Positions 52,667 through 63,316 of a stretch of 64,000 nucleotides of DNA are shown piece by piece (within the stretch, counting starts at the first letter, position 1; each line of letters opens with the position of its first letter). The DNA is from an uncultured archaeon (GTDB lineage: Archaea; Thermoproteota; Bathyarchaeia; Bathyarchaeales; Bathycorpusculaceae): the NCBI GenBank assembly GCA_963782915.1, contig CAWALK010000022.1, positions 192,001 through 256,000 on the forward strand, given 5' to 3'. The translations under genes and the position numbers were made by a program. Under the pieces are notes generated by a model that had not been told where the DNA came from, made no database searches, and worked only from the letters and a program-made list of their open reading frames with translations.

Positions 52667-52776
52667 CTGCGCTCTCTCTTAATCTGTGTTATTTGTGGCT
52701 TCCTTAATTTAACTATAACCGACAGCAAAACAATAACCGAATATGCAATTTTGACTCTATCTGCAAATCCCCAGTT

Positions 52777-53045
52777 TATATAAGGGGAGGGGAGGTAGTG
52801 GCAAAGCAACAAACCCCTGTAAACTCCAGTCTGGATGCTCGGCACAGATGCTTAGTAACCGCAGACGTTCGCCAGCAGTCGCATAGAAACAGCCGCCGAA
52901 AACCAACACACGCTCAAATCCGTTTTGTTCCTGTCTGCAGTTGTGGTGTCTATAAATAGAGAGGGGGTAGGTCGGCAGAGCAACAAAGATACCCTATTTA
53001 TTCTTTAAATAAGGGAGGGGGTAGGTGCGCCGAGGTAGGTAGGTC
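52777..53045 (+). repeat. three G-string intergenic repeat modules
   Basis: 52777-52819, 52951-52987, 53005-53045 match modules at 2233, 24086(rc), 19446. Confidence 0.75.
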
Positions 53046-53144
53046 CTTCCAATAATGTTTCAGTTCTGCTTGCAGAAACCGCCACAACCAACCAGCAACC
53101 CAAACCAAACCCAGAACCCAAAAAACAATCGGCAACATCAGCCC

Positions 53145-53185
53145 TTGGTTGTTGTTGAAATAAGAGGGGTCACAGCAACAACTAA
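53145..53185 (+). repeat. intergenic hairpin repeat copy d
   Basis: TTGGTTGTTGTTGAAATAAGAGGGGTCACAGCAACAACTAA. Confidence 0.8.
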
Positions 53186-53186
53186 A

Positions 53187-55013
53187 CTAGAAACCTATAC
53201 CCAGCATACTCATCTTAATCATCGTTCGAAAATGCTCAGCAAGAATTCTGGGATCAAATGCGCTGCCGCCAAACGAAAGCACAATCATCATGAAGATAAG
53301 CCAAATTATAGTGGCTTCCAACTCATTTTTCTTCTGTGGAATCAAGGCGTAAACAAACATGTAGGGTAGATACCAGTTCTGGAAGTAGGGCAACGTGAAA
53401 GTAGGCAACAAGAGGAAGACAGCGGATATTGAGAGGAGCTTGTTTTTGTTAAGCATGTAAACGGCATAAACGATTGTAGCGCCAAGCACTAGAAGTACTG
53501 CGCTTGCTTGCAGTGGCCACTGGATTTGAGCGTGAGGCGAAAAAGCGTTAACGCCATTCATAACCAGTTCTGGTCTAGTCGCCATCAAATAGGGTGCACT
53601 CAAATAAGCAGTAAAACCACTAGCCGCAGCAAACAACACCGCTAAGATAACTGCTTTATTCTTGACTATGCCCGATGAGGTTGCTGTTTTCTAAGAGTTT
53701 AACAATCGCCACAATTATGAGTGGAAACATAAAGATGCCTGATTGATACTTAAAAAGAATCGAAACTCCAACAAGCAAGAGGAATTTGTCATAGCGGTCA
53801 GTCAAAAACATCGCCACCGCTAATATGGAGAAGAAGAAGGCGACTGCATCAAACATGCCATCAGCCGCAAACGTGACTAACGATGTATAGATTATGTAGA
53901 CGCCTACAAGTTTAAGCCCCAAATCAAAATATTCCCTGATCAGTGGCGCTTTCTGTTTCCAATTATTCTGATTGAGAATCTGTAGGTTCTGTTTTGCATT
54001 CTTCAAAGTCATGCGGGGTAAATTTGTTCGCGTCCAAAAGATGCTGAGAACAAAATAGAGGCAGGCATGCGCAAAAACCAAAAACAGTGCAATCTCAAGT
54101 TTATACACCAAAACCGCGTTGACGCCACTTTGCAGCAGGGCACCAAACGGCAAGAACAATAGGATGCTGCCTATTGGGTAGAGATGTGGCATTTCAGGCC
54201 AAGTTACAAACATAAAGGCTGAGTTATCATGGCTTGCAAGATATCGAATGGTTGATTAAAAACGGCTAAGCCATCTTTGAGGAACAGGCTTGCAGTATAA
54301 GAATGCCGTACATGATCCGTATACCAGTTCTCGTAGGTTCCAAATGGATTATTATTTACCGCTAAAACCACAAACCACAATGCCAAAGAAAGCACAAGAA
54401 GCGCAATTAACAGACGACGATCATTTCTACTCAATGAAGGCAAGGCTGCTTTAGGCTGCTCTGACTTGGAGGTTTTTTTCAGGATTCCCTCTGTTAAGAG
54501 CACAAGTATGAATGCCGATAAACTGACCAGAAACAGGATTTTTGCTGGAGCACTAAGCCACGCAAGCGAGTAGACCATTTGGGGCCGTGTGATGTCCACT
54601 TGGAAATGAACCGTGCCCGTGTGGGTTTGGTTTGAGGTGATTATAGCTTCATAGTAGTCGGCGCCAGCGACAAAAGTATACGTTATGTTTTTGCTTGTAG
54701 ACACATTGAATTGGGTGCCGCTGTAGGTTACTATTGAGAAGTTCTTTACAAAAACATCCGAACCCTCAACTGTTACCTTGAGGGTTTCGTTGCCGCCGAT
54801 GGTTTGGTTACCATGAAAGTTTCCTATGCCCTGCCTGCGAACCTCATTGGGGCTTAAATGGAAAGTATCGTTGATCAAAACTTTTGATTCATTCTTATCG
54901 GTGCCAACAGAATACATGCTGGCAACACCCAAAGTGACGCTTAGGACTAAAAAGATAATTGCGACCGCAACAAAAATTTTAGTCCAACTCAGCCTCACCA
55001 TTAACTGCCCCAT
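53187..55013 (-). CDS. polytopic membrane protein, probable GT-C glycosyltransferase, split by frameshifts
   Basis: YTDH, YP.G, G.FD, KY, WY motifs across three adjacent hydrophobic ORFs; next to a GT2 gene. Confidence 0.6.
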
Positions 55014-55071
55014 GAAATGGAATCTGCTATATCGACTCTGGCATAATAAAACTTAGGGTAACCCTAACAAA

Positions 55072-55816
55072 TTATGAACGCCAAACCGCTCTAATAGTGT
55101 AGGCGAGAAAACTTTTAATTTCGTTCCAAGCCAACTTCGATTTCCCTTGCTTGCGATTAACAAACAGCACTGGTGTCTCTTTAACGGGGAAATCTCTTAG
55201 TGAGGCTTGTCGGACTGTTTCTATTTGAATCTCGTAGGTGGTGCTGTGGAGGCTGCTGATGGCTTCTTTTAGAAATGTTGTTGAGTAGCAGCGGAAACCA
55301 GCGGTGCAGTCTTGAAGTTTTAAGCCTAAGGAGACTCGGGCGATGGTGTTAGCGGTTTTGCTGATTATTTTTCTGGAAAGCGGCCAACCTTCGATTTTTC
55401 CGCCTTTACTGTATCTACTGCCGATAACGATGCCGCATTGGCATTCCCTCATTTTCTCTAAAAGTTTAGGTATATCTTGGGGGTTATGCGAGTAATCCGC
55501 GTCCATGGTGAAGACATATTTCGGTGGGGTTTGAGCTTCGAGGAAAATTTTGAAGCCGTCAGTGATTGCCGTGCCTAAACCCGATTTTTTGGGTCCGATT
55601 AAGAAGCATTAGGTTTGGATATTTTTTTTGTTTTTCTACCACTATGTCGGCTGTTCCGTCGGGGCTGGAGTCATCGATTACCAGAATAGAAGCGTCAAGG
55701 TTGAGGTTCTCTATATCCTCGATTAAGTTAGCGATGTTTTCCGATTCGCCATAAGTCGGCAAAATGACTCCTATCTCTGCATGTAGCTGTGAATTTCCAA
55801 TTATCGGATAGCCCAT
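55072..55816 (-). CDS. polyprenol-phosphate mannosyltransferase-like GT2 (frameshifted)
   Basis: ILPTY.E..NI, IDDSSPDGT, MDADYSH.P, GSRY, D.TAGFR. Confidence 0.92.
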
Positions 55817-55872
55817 TTTAGTTAATCATCCAAATAGCAGTGTCTATAAATTAATAAACTTTAAGCGAGCGC

Positions 55873-56902
55873 TCAGGCTGAATTTTGTGTTTTTTGTTTC
55901 CTGAGGTAGTATTTTAGTGGGTGGTAGATGCGTTGGCAGAGTTCATCGCGGTTTTTGCAGACGCCATGGGTTTTGAGTACTGAGCATTGGGGTGGGATGT
56001 AGCGTGTTGCTGAACCGCGTTCTCCTGCGATGTGTTCGATTTGGTAGCGGGTTAAGCGTTCGTTATAGTCGCTAAAGGTCTTGTACATTTCGTTGACTGC
56101 TTCAGGTGACATGCCAATGTTAAGTAGGAATGAAGTTAAGTGTGAAGCGGCCGATGTGGGAGAGGTGATGGGCTTGGGCTGCTTCAGCATAGAGGGCGTT
56201 GATGCATGGTGGGAAAGCGCTTTGGGAGACGGTTTTGGGCATTTCTTCTGTTTCTTGCCCCATAATTTCCTGTGCTAATTCGGCGAGTTTGTTGGAGATT
56301 ATGTTGATGTCTTCTGGCAGGTTTTTTAGGTCTGGGATGTCGAGGCGTTTTTCGATTCGGTTCTTGATCTCTTCCTGGAGTAATCGGGCTGTTTTGTCTT
56401 TGTTTAAGTAAACTCTGCCGTTGCCAAAAATTTGGTTAACCAGTTTCCATTCGCTGCCATGCATATGCGCAGCGTTTTTTAAATAAAACGTGAAGCCGAT
56501 GGCGAAGTCTTTGTAAGCGTCTTTGCCGTCGGTGATGTCCCAGTCGAAGTCTTTTGCTATGGCGGCGATTTTTGCTTTCGAAGTTTGTGGGCCGAGCAGG
56601 TGACTGTAAGCAGTTTTCGCAACTGCTAGCGCATAGCGTTTTTTTATCCAAGGCTTCTTGGTGGCAATGGCGAGAATTAGTGAGGCTGCGAAGGAGGAGA
56701 TTTCCTTTTTTTTGTCAATTTCTAATTCGCCGATTGTAAGGTCTAAAATTGCGGATTCCACGCGTTTTTCCGCGCGTTCCAATACAAATCGGTCTTCAAC
56801 CAGGTTTTGGATAGTTAAATCCAGTTGTTGGATTTGGGTTGATGCTTGTTTTAGAAAAGGGTATTTGGCGTAATCCTCAATGGTGATTGTCGCCAATTCC
56901 AT
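55873..56902 (-). CDS. priL: DNA primase large subunit (frameshift near 56125)
   Basis: KYPFL, WKLVN, FPPCI, H..RF, TRYQIEHI, Y.PPQC..C..C..HPL.YY. Confidence 0.95.
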
Positions 56903-56912
56903 GTTGAGGCGC

Positions 56913-57670
56913 CTATTCTGTTTCGATTCTCGGGGCTAAGAAGAAGGTCAGTTTTCCTTCTTTGGTTTGTTGGAAGTCGATTTTGACCGGCATGTCAGTT
57001 GAGAACTCGAGTGTTGCGATGTCGCTGGTTGCGGAGGCTGCTTTGATGATTTCTGATAGGTAGCTGAGGCTGAATGTTGCTTTGGCGTTTTCTTTGACGT
57101 CGAGTTCGAGGAGTGCGTCGTTGCCTTTTTGGAGGATGATGGTTGCGCCCATTAAGTCGCCGCTGGCAGATAGGGTGAGTTTTTCCGGTTCTGCTTCGAT
57201 GCGTACGTGGTCGCTTACGAGTTGTGCGTCTTCGATGGCTTGGCTTAGGCCTGATGGTGGTGGTTTTGGCTTTTACGTTGAAGCTGATTTTTGGTGTTGG
57301 AACTTCTTCGTCTGATGGCTTCGAGTGTGGGCATGGTGAAGTTTCGGGCGTATTTGCCCATGATTGTTACGAGGAGTTTGCCGGTTTTGTCGTCGAGGGC
57401 TAGTTCGACGGATTCTTCTTTTCCTGCGCGTTTGAGGAGTTTGAGCAGTTCAGATATGTTGAGGCACATTTTGCTTGGTTCGGCTGCTTGGTATTCTTGG
57501 AATATGGTTTTGGGCCATTCGAAATCGATCATGGCTACGCGTGATGGGTCCATGGCGCGTAGTTTTAATCCGTCGGGTTCGATTTTGAATGTTGCTTCAT
57601 CCACTAGAATCGAGATGGCGGTGCACATATCCCGCAGGAGTTTGGCGTCAGACACTTTAAGCTTGAACAT
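56913..57670 (-). CDS. pcn: DNA sliding clamp PCNA (frameshifted)
   Basis: LRAMDPSRVAM, FSLSYL, FFLAPRIE. Confidence 0.96.
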
Positions 57671-58359
57671 GCTATAACCTCTCTCTCACTCAAGTTAATT
57701 GTATAATAGCTTATCATTACACTCAGACTTTATAAATTTAGTCCAGTGATAGGGCAAAAGATGCGCTGAAAGGGTGCAAACTGGTTTGCGGCTGCGGATT
57801 TGGCGGTTTTGAGTGGTGTGGCGTGCGGTGGGAGGGGAAAACTTGGGTGTTTGGCGGTTTGGTTTAGCTTGCGTTTTTTTCTCTATCCCCCTTATTTATA
57901 GGCTCAACAAATGTTGGGTTTTGCGTTTTGTTTGTCAGCATTCATTGGTTAACAGGTAGGGGGAAGCTGTGTTTGTTAGGGAATTTGTTGGGTTTATAGG
58001 CGGCTGTTTTGGGCTCAGTTGGTTTAGTGTGTTTGAAGTTCTGTTGCTTCTGCGGAGCTGCCCCATCCGCCTATAGGTGGGTATACAATGAACCGGAAGT
58101 GCTGAGTGCGCGCATTTGTGTGGGTAGCTGATTGTTGGCAAAGGAATTTTGCGGTTCATATAGGTTTGTTGGGAAATCGCTGGTAATGTCTACAAACTGT
58201 TTTGGGCTGGATGGCGACTATACCCAAAACAGCCCAAAAACCGATTTGCCCTCCACTGGTTTATGTAAAGAATCGCCCGAAAAAACAGCCGTAGTCACCG
58301 AACATTTTATCAACCCCAAAGATTGCGTCAAAGGAAATAACGGAAGGGAGAGAAACAAA

Positions 58360-58822
58360 GTGATTAACCAGATAACAGACCAACTTTTTTTGAGCCAAGT
58401 AATCGATTTACTCGGCCCGGAACCAAACCAGGCACTCGCCAGTCTCAGCCGAACTAGGCATAACCCATGTGGTAAGCGTTTGCCCCGAACCAGAACTCAT
58501 AGAAAAAGAAGCCGCGCTTTTGGCATTATCCAACAACATCTTCTGCTTCCACAGCCAACCAGTCCCCACAGCCACCACAAACCCAAACGAAGACCCATGG
58601 GTAAAAGGCCTCTACCAAGCCATCGACACAGTCAACGGCATCCTACAACAAACCCCAACAGCCAAAATCCTAGTCCACTGCATAGAAGGAGTAGACAGAA
58701 GCCCCTTCATAGTCGCGTCAATAATCGCCCAGCAATACAACATGCAACTCAACCAAGCCTACCAAATCGTAAAACAAGCCCGACCAATAATACATGAACA
58801 CTACGAATGGTTAAACGCCTAA
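58360..58822 (+). CDS. dual-specificity protein phosphatase (frameshift near 58450)
   Basis: INQITDQLFL; GITHVVSVC; catalytic VHCIEGVDRS; IVKQARP. Confidence 0.88.
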
Positions 58823-59066
58823 AACGACTTGTTGCTTTGCCAATGACCCCCCTATCCCCTATAAAAAGCTGGTAATTAGAGGTCTGCCTGCCTCAGAGCC
58901 AAAACCCCATAAGGTTTCTGCTAATATGGTCGTAAATTGGTGCACAAGTAAATTGTTAGTAGTGCCGCCAACCTAATGGGCATCTGCATCTTGGATGTAG
59001 TTTCAAGAGGATAAATAACCGCAAAAAATATAACTCTTGTAACATTAAATATAATAATGATAATAT

Positions 59067-59267
59067 ATGACTGAATGTCTCGCAAAAACACGAAAAGTCG
59101 GAGACTCACTAGTCGTAACTTTGCCCAAAGAGGTAGTTGAAAGCAAAAAAATCAAAGAAGGCGAAATAATCGAAATCAGCATCAAGAAAGTACGCAAAGA
59201 CGGCTTCGGAATCCTAAAAGGCGTAGGCCCCTTTACCGCTGAAGATGAGCTGACAACTCATGACTAA
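59067..59267 (+). CDS. AbrB/MazE-type antitoxin
   Basis: RKVGDSLVVTLPKEVV....IKEG. Confidence 0.88.
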   Translation: MTECLAKTRKVGDSLVVTLPKEVVESKKIKEGEIIEISIKKVRKDGFGILKGVGPFTAEDELTTHD

Positions 59268-59646
59268 ACACGTCATCGATTCATACGCTTGGATCGAATA
59301 CCTAAACGGCACAACCAAAGGCAAAAAAGTAGCCCAAATACTTGAGACCAGCGATGAAATCTACTCCTGCGCAATAACAATAGGCGAAGTAGTAAGCAAA
59401 ATCGCACGCATGGGCCAAGACCCAAACCAGCCTACTGACGTTCTCTTAAGCAACTCCCAAATAATCACAGCCGACGAGGAACTCTCCTACCAAGCGGGCC
59501 TAGTGCACTGCGAAATGAGAAAAACCCAGAAAGATTTCGGGGCTAGCCTGACGCCTACATTTTTAGCAACCGCCCGAAAACTAAAAACAAAAATTCTAAC
59601 AGGCGACCCCCATTTCCAAGATGTCAAAGAAGCAACACTGATCTAA
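59260..59646 (+). CDS. vapC: VapC PIN-domain toxin
   Basis: VIDSYAWIEY, TIGEV, LATAR, ILTGDPHF. Confidence 0.9.
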   Translation: MTKHVIDSYAWIEYLNGTTKGKKVAQILETSDEIYSCAITIGEVVSKIARMGQDPNQPTDVLLSNSQIITADEELSYQAGLVHCEMRKTQKDFGASLTPTFLATARKLKTKILTGDPHFQDVKEATLI

Positions 59647-59656
59647 AGTTGACTAA

Positions 59657-59798
59657 ATAGAAGGTGTACTACAGAAGCCCATTCATAGTCGCCACAATAA
59701 TCGCCCAGCAATACAACATGCAACTAAACCACGCCTACCAAATCGTAAACCACGCACGCCCAATAATACACGAACACTACGAATGGTTAAACGCCTAA
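59657..59798 (+). repeat. diverged direct repeat of the phosphatase 3' end (58682-58822)
   Basis: ~140 bp collinear match ending GAATGGTTAAACGCCTAA. Confidence 0.9.
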
Positions 59799-60159
59799 TC
59801 GAGGACTACCTACCTCATGCGAGGTACCCCTCCCCTCTATAGGTCCTGTAACGAGTTCCCAATAGACTTTCATAAATGAATTATTTACATAATATTTGTA
59901 AGCTATGAGGTACTGGATAACGTCTTTAAAGTGCTTCATATAAGTTAACTTAAATTGACCAATAATGTAATTATAATTAAAAGGGCGGTTTAGTGTCGGC
60001 GACCCCAACCCCACCAGTTGATTACAGCCTATACGTGTTCCCAATCCTATCTGGAGTTATAATCGCTATAGTGACCGCTGTACTGAGACAGGTAATTGCT
60101 TACCATTTTCAAAAAAGAATTTAGCCCTCCAATGTGAAAACAACCTAAAACTAACTAAA

Positions 60160-60579
60160 ATGCAAAATGAAAATAGTCAACATCTAATGGAAATGCAAAA
60201 TATAAATAGTCAAAATCTGACCAAAATGCAGAATGAAAATAGTCTAAAGCTAACAGCACTCGAATTATATCACGAAGACAGAAAAGAAGCCATTTTAAAA
60301 ATAGACGAAATTTTAAAGAAGGGATTCAAGAACTTTCCAGATTTTGAAAAGGAATTAAAAGAATTTCTTGATAGTGGTTCTGGCTTGTTTCTTCCGCAAG
60401 CATTAAGGCAATCACTTAAGCAAGAAGCTGATGAAGTCCATAAACTGGTTACTGAGTTTGACGTTGAACTAAATGGTCCTCAACCTGAATGCGATGACGA
60501 ATGGTTTGAGGAACTTCCACCTTGGGAGGAAATGGCCAATGAAATCAAAGATACTTACGTTCAATTCGACCAACACTAG
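60160..60579 (+). CDS. hypothetical protein with 11-aa MQNENS repeats; true start probably upstream
   Basis: MQNENSQHLME-MQNINSQNLTK-MQNENSLKLTA. Confidence 0.6.
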   Translation: MQNENSQHLMEMQNINSQNLTKMQNENSLKLTALELYHEDRKEAILKIDEILKKGFKNFPDFEKELKEFLDSGSGLFLPQALRQSLKQEADEVHKLVTEFDVELNGPQPECDDEWFEELPPWEEMANEIKDTYVQFDQH

Positions 60580-60812
60580 AGAAAAATTCAGGCAATATAT
60601 TCCTGGAGAATGAGAAAAGGAGTCATGAAAAGCCAAGAAGTATCAGCGGCAGAATCTTTGCTGAGTCATTCATACATTGCTAATCGAGATGTTTTTCCAT
60701 AAAAGATTTTCGCAGACGCCTTACTATCCCAAGTTAGCTAAATTCAGGATTTATGCGAAAATTCTTGATTATTCTTTGTTAGGGCTAAGAAGTTTGGGGG
60801 AAAAGACTTAAG

Positions 60813-62256
60813 TTGCATGGCCAATTAGCGCTTTAAACGAAACAAATTGGCATAATAATGGGCAAACTAATCCGCTAACTTTACAGTTCCTCAGTATACT
60901 AAAAGAAAACAGCGGATCTATAAATTCTCGGTTGAAGAAGAGTACCCCTTGGTAAAAGGTGTTTTTGATGCCGATATAGTATACAAACTCCCAAGCTATA
61001 GCCAACCGATAATAACCTTTGAAGTCGAGAGCTCACCGGTACCATATGGTAAAAAATGCGGTAAAATATTTTTCAACTAAGTCGATTGATGTCCCAAAGC
61101 CATGGAATCATTTTATTATAATCTTGAATGGCAAGTTAAGACCTAGCGATAAAATTTCGATTCAATGCGTCACAGAGAGACACTCTGTCCACATTTTTGA
61201 GAATATACTGGGAGATGCTAAAGAACTAGGTAGGTTTAACAAGAAACTTGAGGAGATGTCAAAAGCATTCAAAATAGTTCAAGAAACAAAAAACAAATCC
61301 AAGCAATTCAGAGCTGATTTTTCGAACAGAATTGAAACATTGTCTTTTCTCGATTGAGCAAAAAGAAGATGTTGAGGATTCAATTGATGATTTGATAATG
61401 CTCGTAAAAGAAGTCATCGAGAAATGGGATGTCCCCTCAACAAGGTTTGCAGCAGCAGAGATTTTTAAGGGTCTTTACAAATTGAGTGGCAAGAAAGGCA
61501 TTTGCGAGCTTTACACAATTTTTGAGGATTTATTCAGATACGCCTATTCTCAAAGAAAGCGATTACTTGGCTCAATGATAGAGCCATTTAACTCCATAAT
61601 GCTTGAGGCATGGATAGAAGGTTATGATATTGAGAAAGGAGAGCAGGCTTGCAAACTTCTATTGAGATTGGGCGCTTCTTTTATAGAAACTGATTTGTTA
61701 GTAAGTGAGGATTGTATCCGTGCAATAGATAACTTAGCGGGAGATATGTTTGAACCGCAGATTCTTTAGCAAAGAAATATTATTCTGTGCTATTGCATAC
61801 GAAAAGTCATTCGACAATCCACAAATTAGAAAATTGGTTGAGTCATGTTCTGATTGGGTCAAAATTAATGAAGAATATTCTTGGGATGACGATAAAAAAG
61901 GGTATTTACTCGAATCGATCAAGCTAGCAGAAAGAGAGCAACAGGCTTACGGAATAAAAATCGAGGCGTATAAAGAAAATATTTTATTACCAATTCTTAA
62001 AGTTATAATCGATTCAGAGATCGAAGACTACATGCGATTTTTAGGGGAGAAAGTTGAAGAAGAGGATAACGACGACACTTCCTTTGCTTGTGAAGATTTA
62101 TCGAAAATGATACGGGTATATAGCGAAATTAGACCTGAGTTTGCTATTGAAGTGAAAAACAAGATACTTACAACAAACAACAAACCGATAATAGAATTGT
62201 TTTATCTAATAGTGAATAGCAATAAATTCCTTACAAGTATTTATGAAACCAAATGA
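60813..62256 (+). CDS. AT-rich frameshifted gene with N-terminal PD-(D/E)xK-like nuclease motif; boundaries approximate
   Basis: Manual translation near 60930-61030 gives VEEEYPLVKGVFDADIV...IITFEVES, followed by three overlapping ORFs. Confidence 0.5.
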
Positions 62257-62419
62257 GCATTTTTGATATAGATTTGCAAGTCCAAAATTAAATTTAATTA
62301 GGGCTTTATTAGCACTCTTGATTTGCTTTATCAGAGTATAAAGGTTAGCCTTTATGGTTTATAAGTCATAAAGTATAAGAATAAGCGTGTTCCCTTATTG
62401 GGAAGCTGGTAGTGAGAAC

Positions 62420-62695
62420 GTGAACGTTCCGAAAGAAATCAATACATACTGTCCTAAATGTAAACATCACACAATTCATACTGTAAGCCTCTATAAAGCT
62501 GGCAAACGCCGAGCACTAGCCCATGGCGAACGCCACCACGCACGCGAAAAAGAGGGTTACGGCGGACAAAAATATGCGTTGCAACATGAATTTGCTAAAA
62601 CCACAAAGAAGCAAACTCAACGCTTAAAATGCAAAGTCTGCAACTTTATGTACCATAAAGACGGCATCAGACTAAGAAAACTCGCGCTAGTATAA
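62420..62695 (+). CDS. rpl44e: 50S ribosomal protein L44e
   Basis: [26 protein letters not shown]. Confidence 0.96.
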   Translation: MNVPKEINTYCPKCKHHTIHTVSLYKAGKRRALAHGERHHAREKEGYGGQKYALQHEFAKTTKKQTQRLKCKVCNFMYHKDGIRLRKLALV

Positions 62696-62720
62696 TATAA
62701 TTAACCGGAGAAAAAAGAAA

Positions 62721-62918
62721 ATGTCAGAATGGAATAAACTCATCCCAAAACCCCGCAGCGTATTCCTCAGGGTTAAATGCCAAAAATGCGGCAACGAACA
62801 ACTGATCTTCAGCAACACAGTTAACAAAATCACCTGTAACGTATGCGGCGAAACCTTAGCAGAACCAACTGGCGGCAGAGCAAAAATCAACGGCGAAGTC
62901 CTAACCGTTTTAGAGTAA
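62721..62918 (+). CDS. rps27e: 30S ribosomal protein S27e
   Basis: PRS.FLRVKC..CGNEQ, C.VCG..LAEPTGG. Confidence 0.96.
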   Translation: MSEWNKLIPKPRSVFLRVKCQKCGNEQLIFSNTVNKITCNVCGETLAEPTGGRAKINGEVLTVLE

Positions 62919-62937
62919 ACGGAAAGTGACTTGCCAG

Positions 62938-63138
62938 ATGGCACAGCGTAAGCCGCAGTGGCCAGAAACCCTTGACTATGTCATGGATTATGGCGCTTAC
63001 GCCCAACATGAAACCCAACGTGGTTTTCTCCACGTCAACAAAAATATTTCTTGGATACACGATTTTACAATCCGGAAAACAGGCAACACCTTAAACGCCA
63101 AAATAGGCGGGCAAGGCAGTTTTAGAAGGGAACAATAA
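62938..63138 (+). pseudogene. eif2a: collapsed aIF-2 alpha sequence (probably an assembly artefact)
   Basis: RKPQWPE, DYGAY, GFLHV, SWI and C-terminal GGQGSFRR in only 66 aa, at the conserved rps27e-nop10 position. Confidence 0.75.
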
Positions 63139-63139
63139 C

Positions 63140-63316
63140 TTGGTTTGGCAACTACGTAAATGCACTAAATGCGAAGCATATACATTAAACAAGGAAACTT
63201 GCCCAGTATGCGGTGGACCTGTGAGGATTCCTCATCCGGCCAAGTTTTCTCCTGACGATAAATACTTCAAGTATCGTATGCAAATGAAAAGAGGTCAAGA
63301 GGTTCAAGAACAATGA
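63140..63316 (+). CDS. nop10: Nop10 (missed by ORF track, 58 aa)
   Basis: RKC..C..YTL...CPVCGG....PHPAKFSPDDKY.KYR. Confidence 0.95.
   Translation: MVWQLRKCTKCEAYTLNKETCPVCGGPVRIPHPAKFSPDDKYFKYRMQMKRGQEVQEQ

Noticed and set aside
34795-57670. Programmed frameshifting in pus10, ppsA, dph2, priL, PCNA
   Set aside because: No shared slippery motif; widespread indels fit long-read consensus noise
58132-58797. 221-aa ORF
   Set aside because: Chimeric reading: only its middle is the frameshifted phosphatase N-terminus
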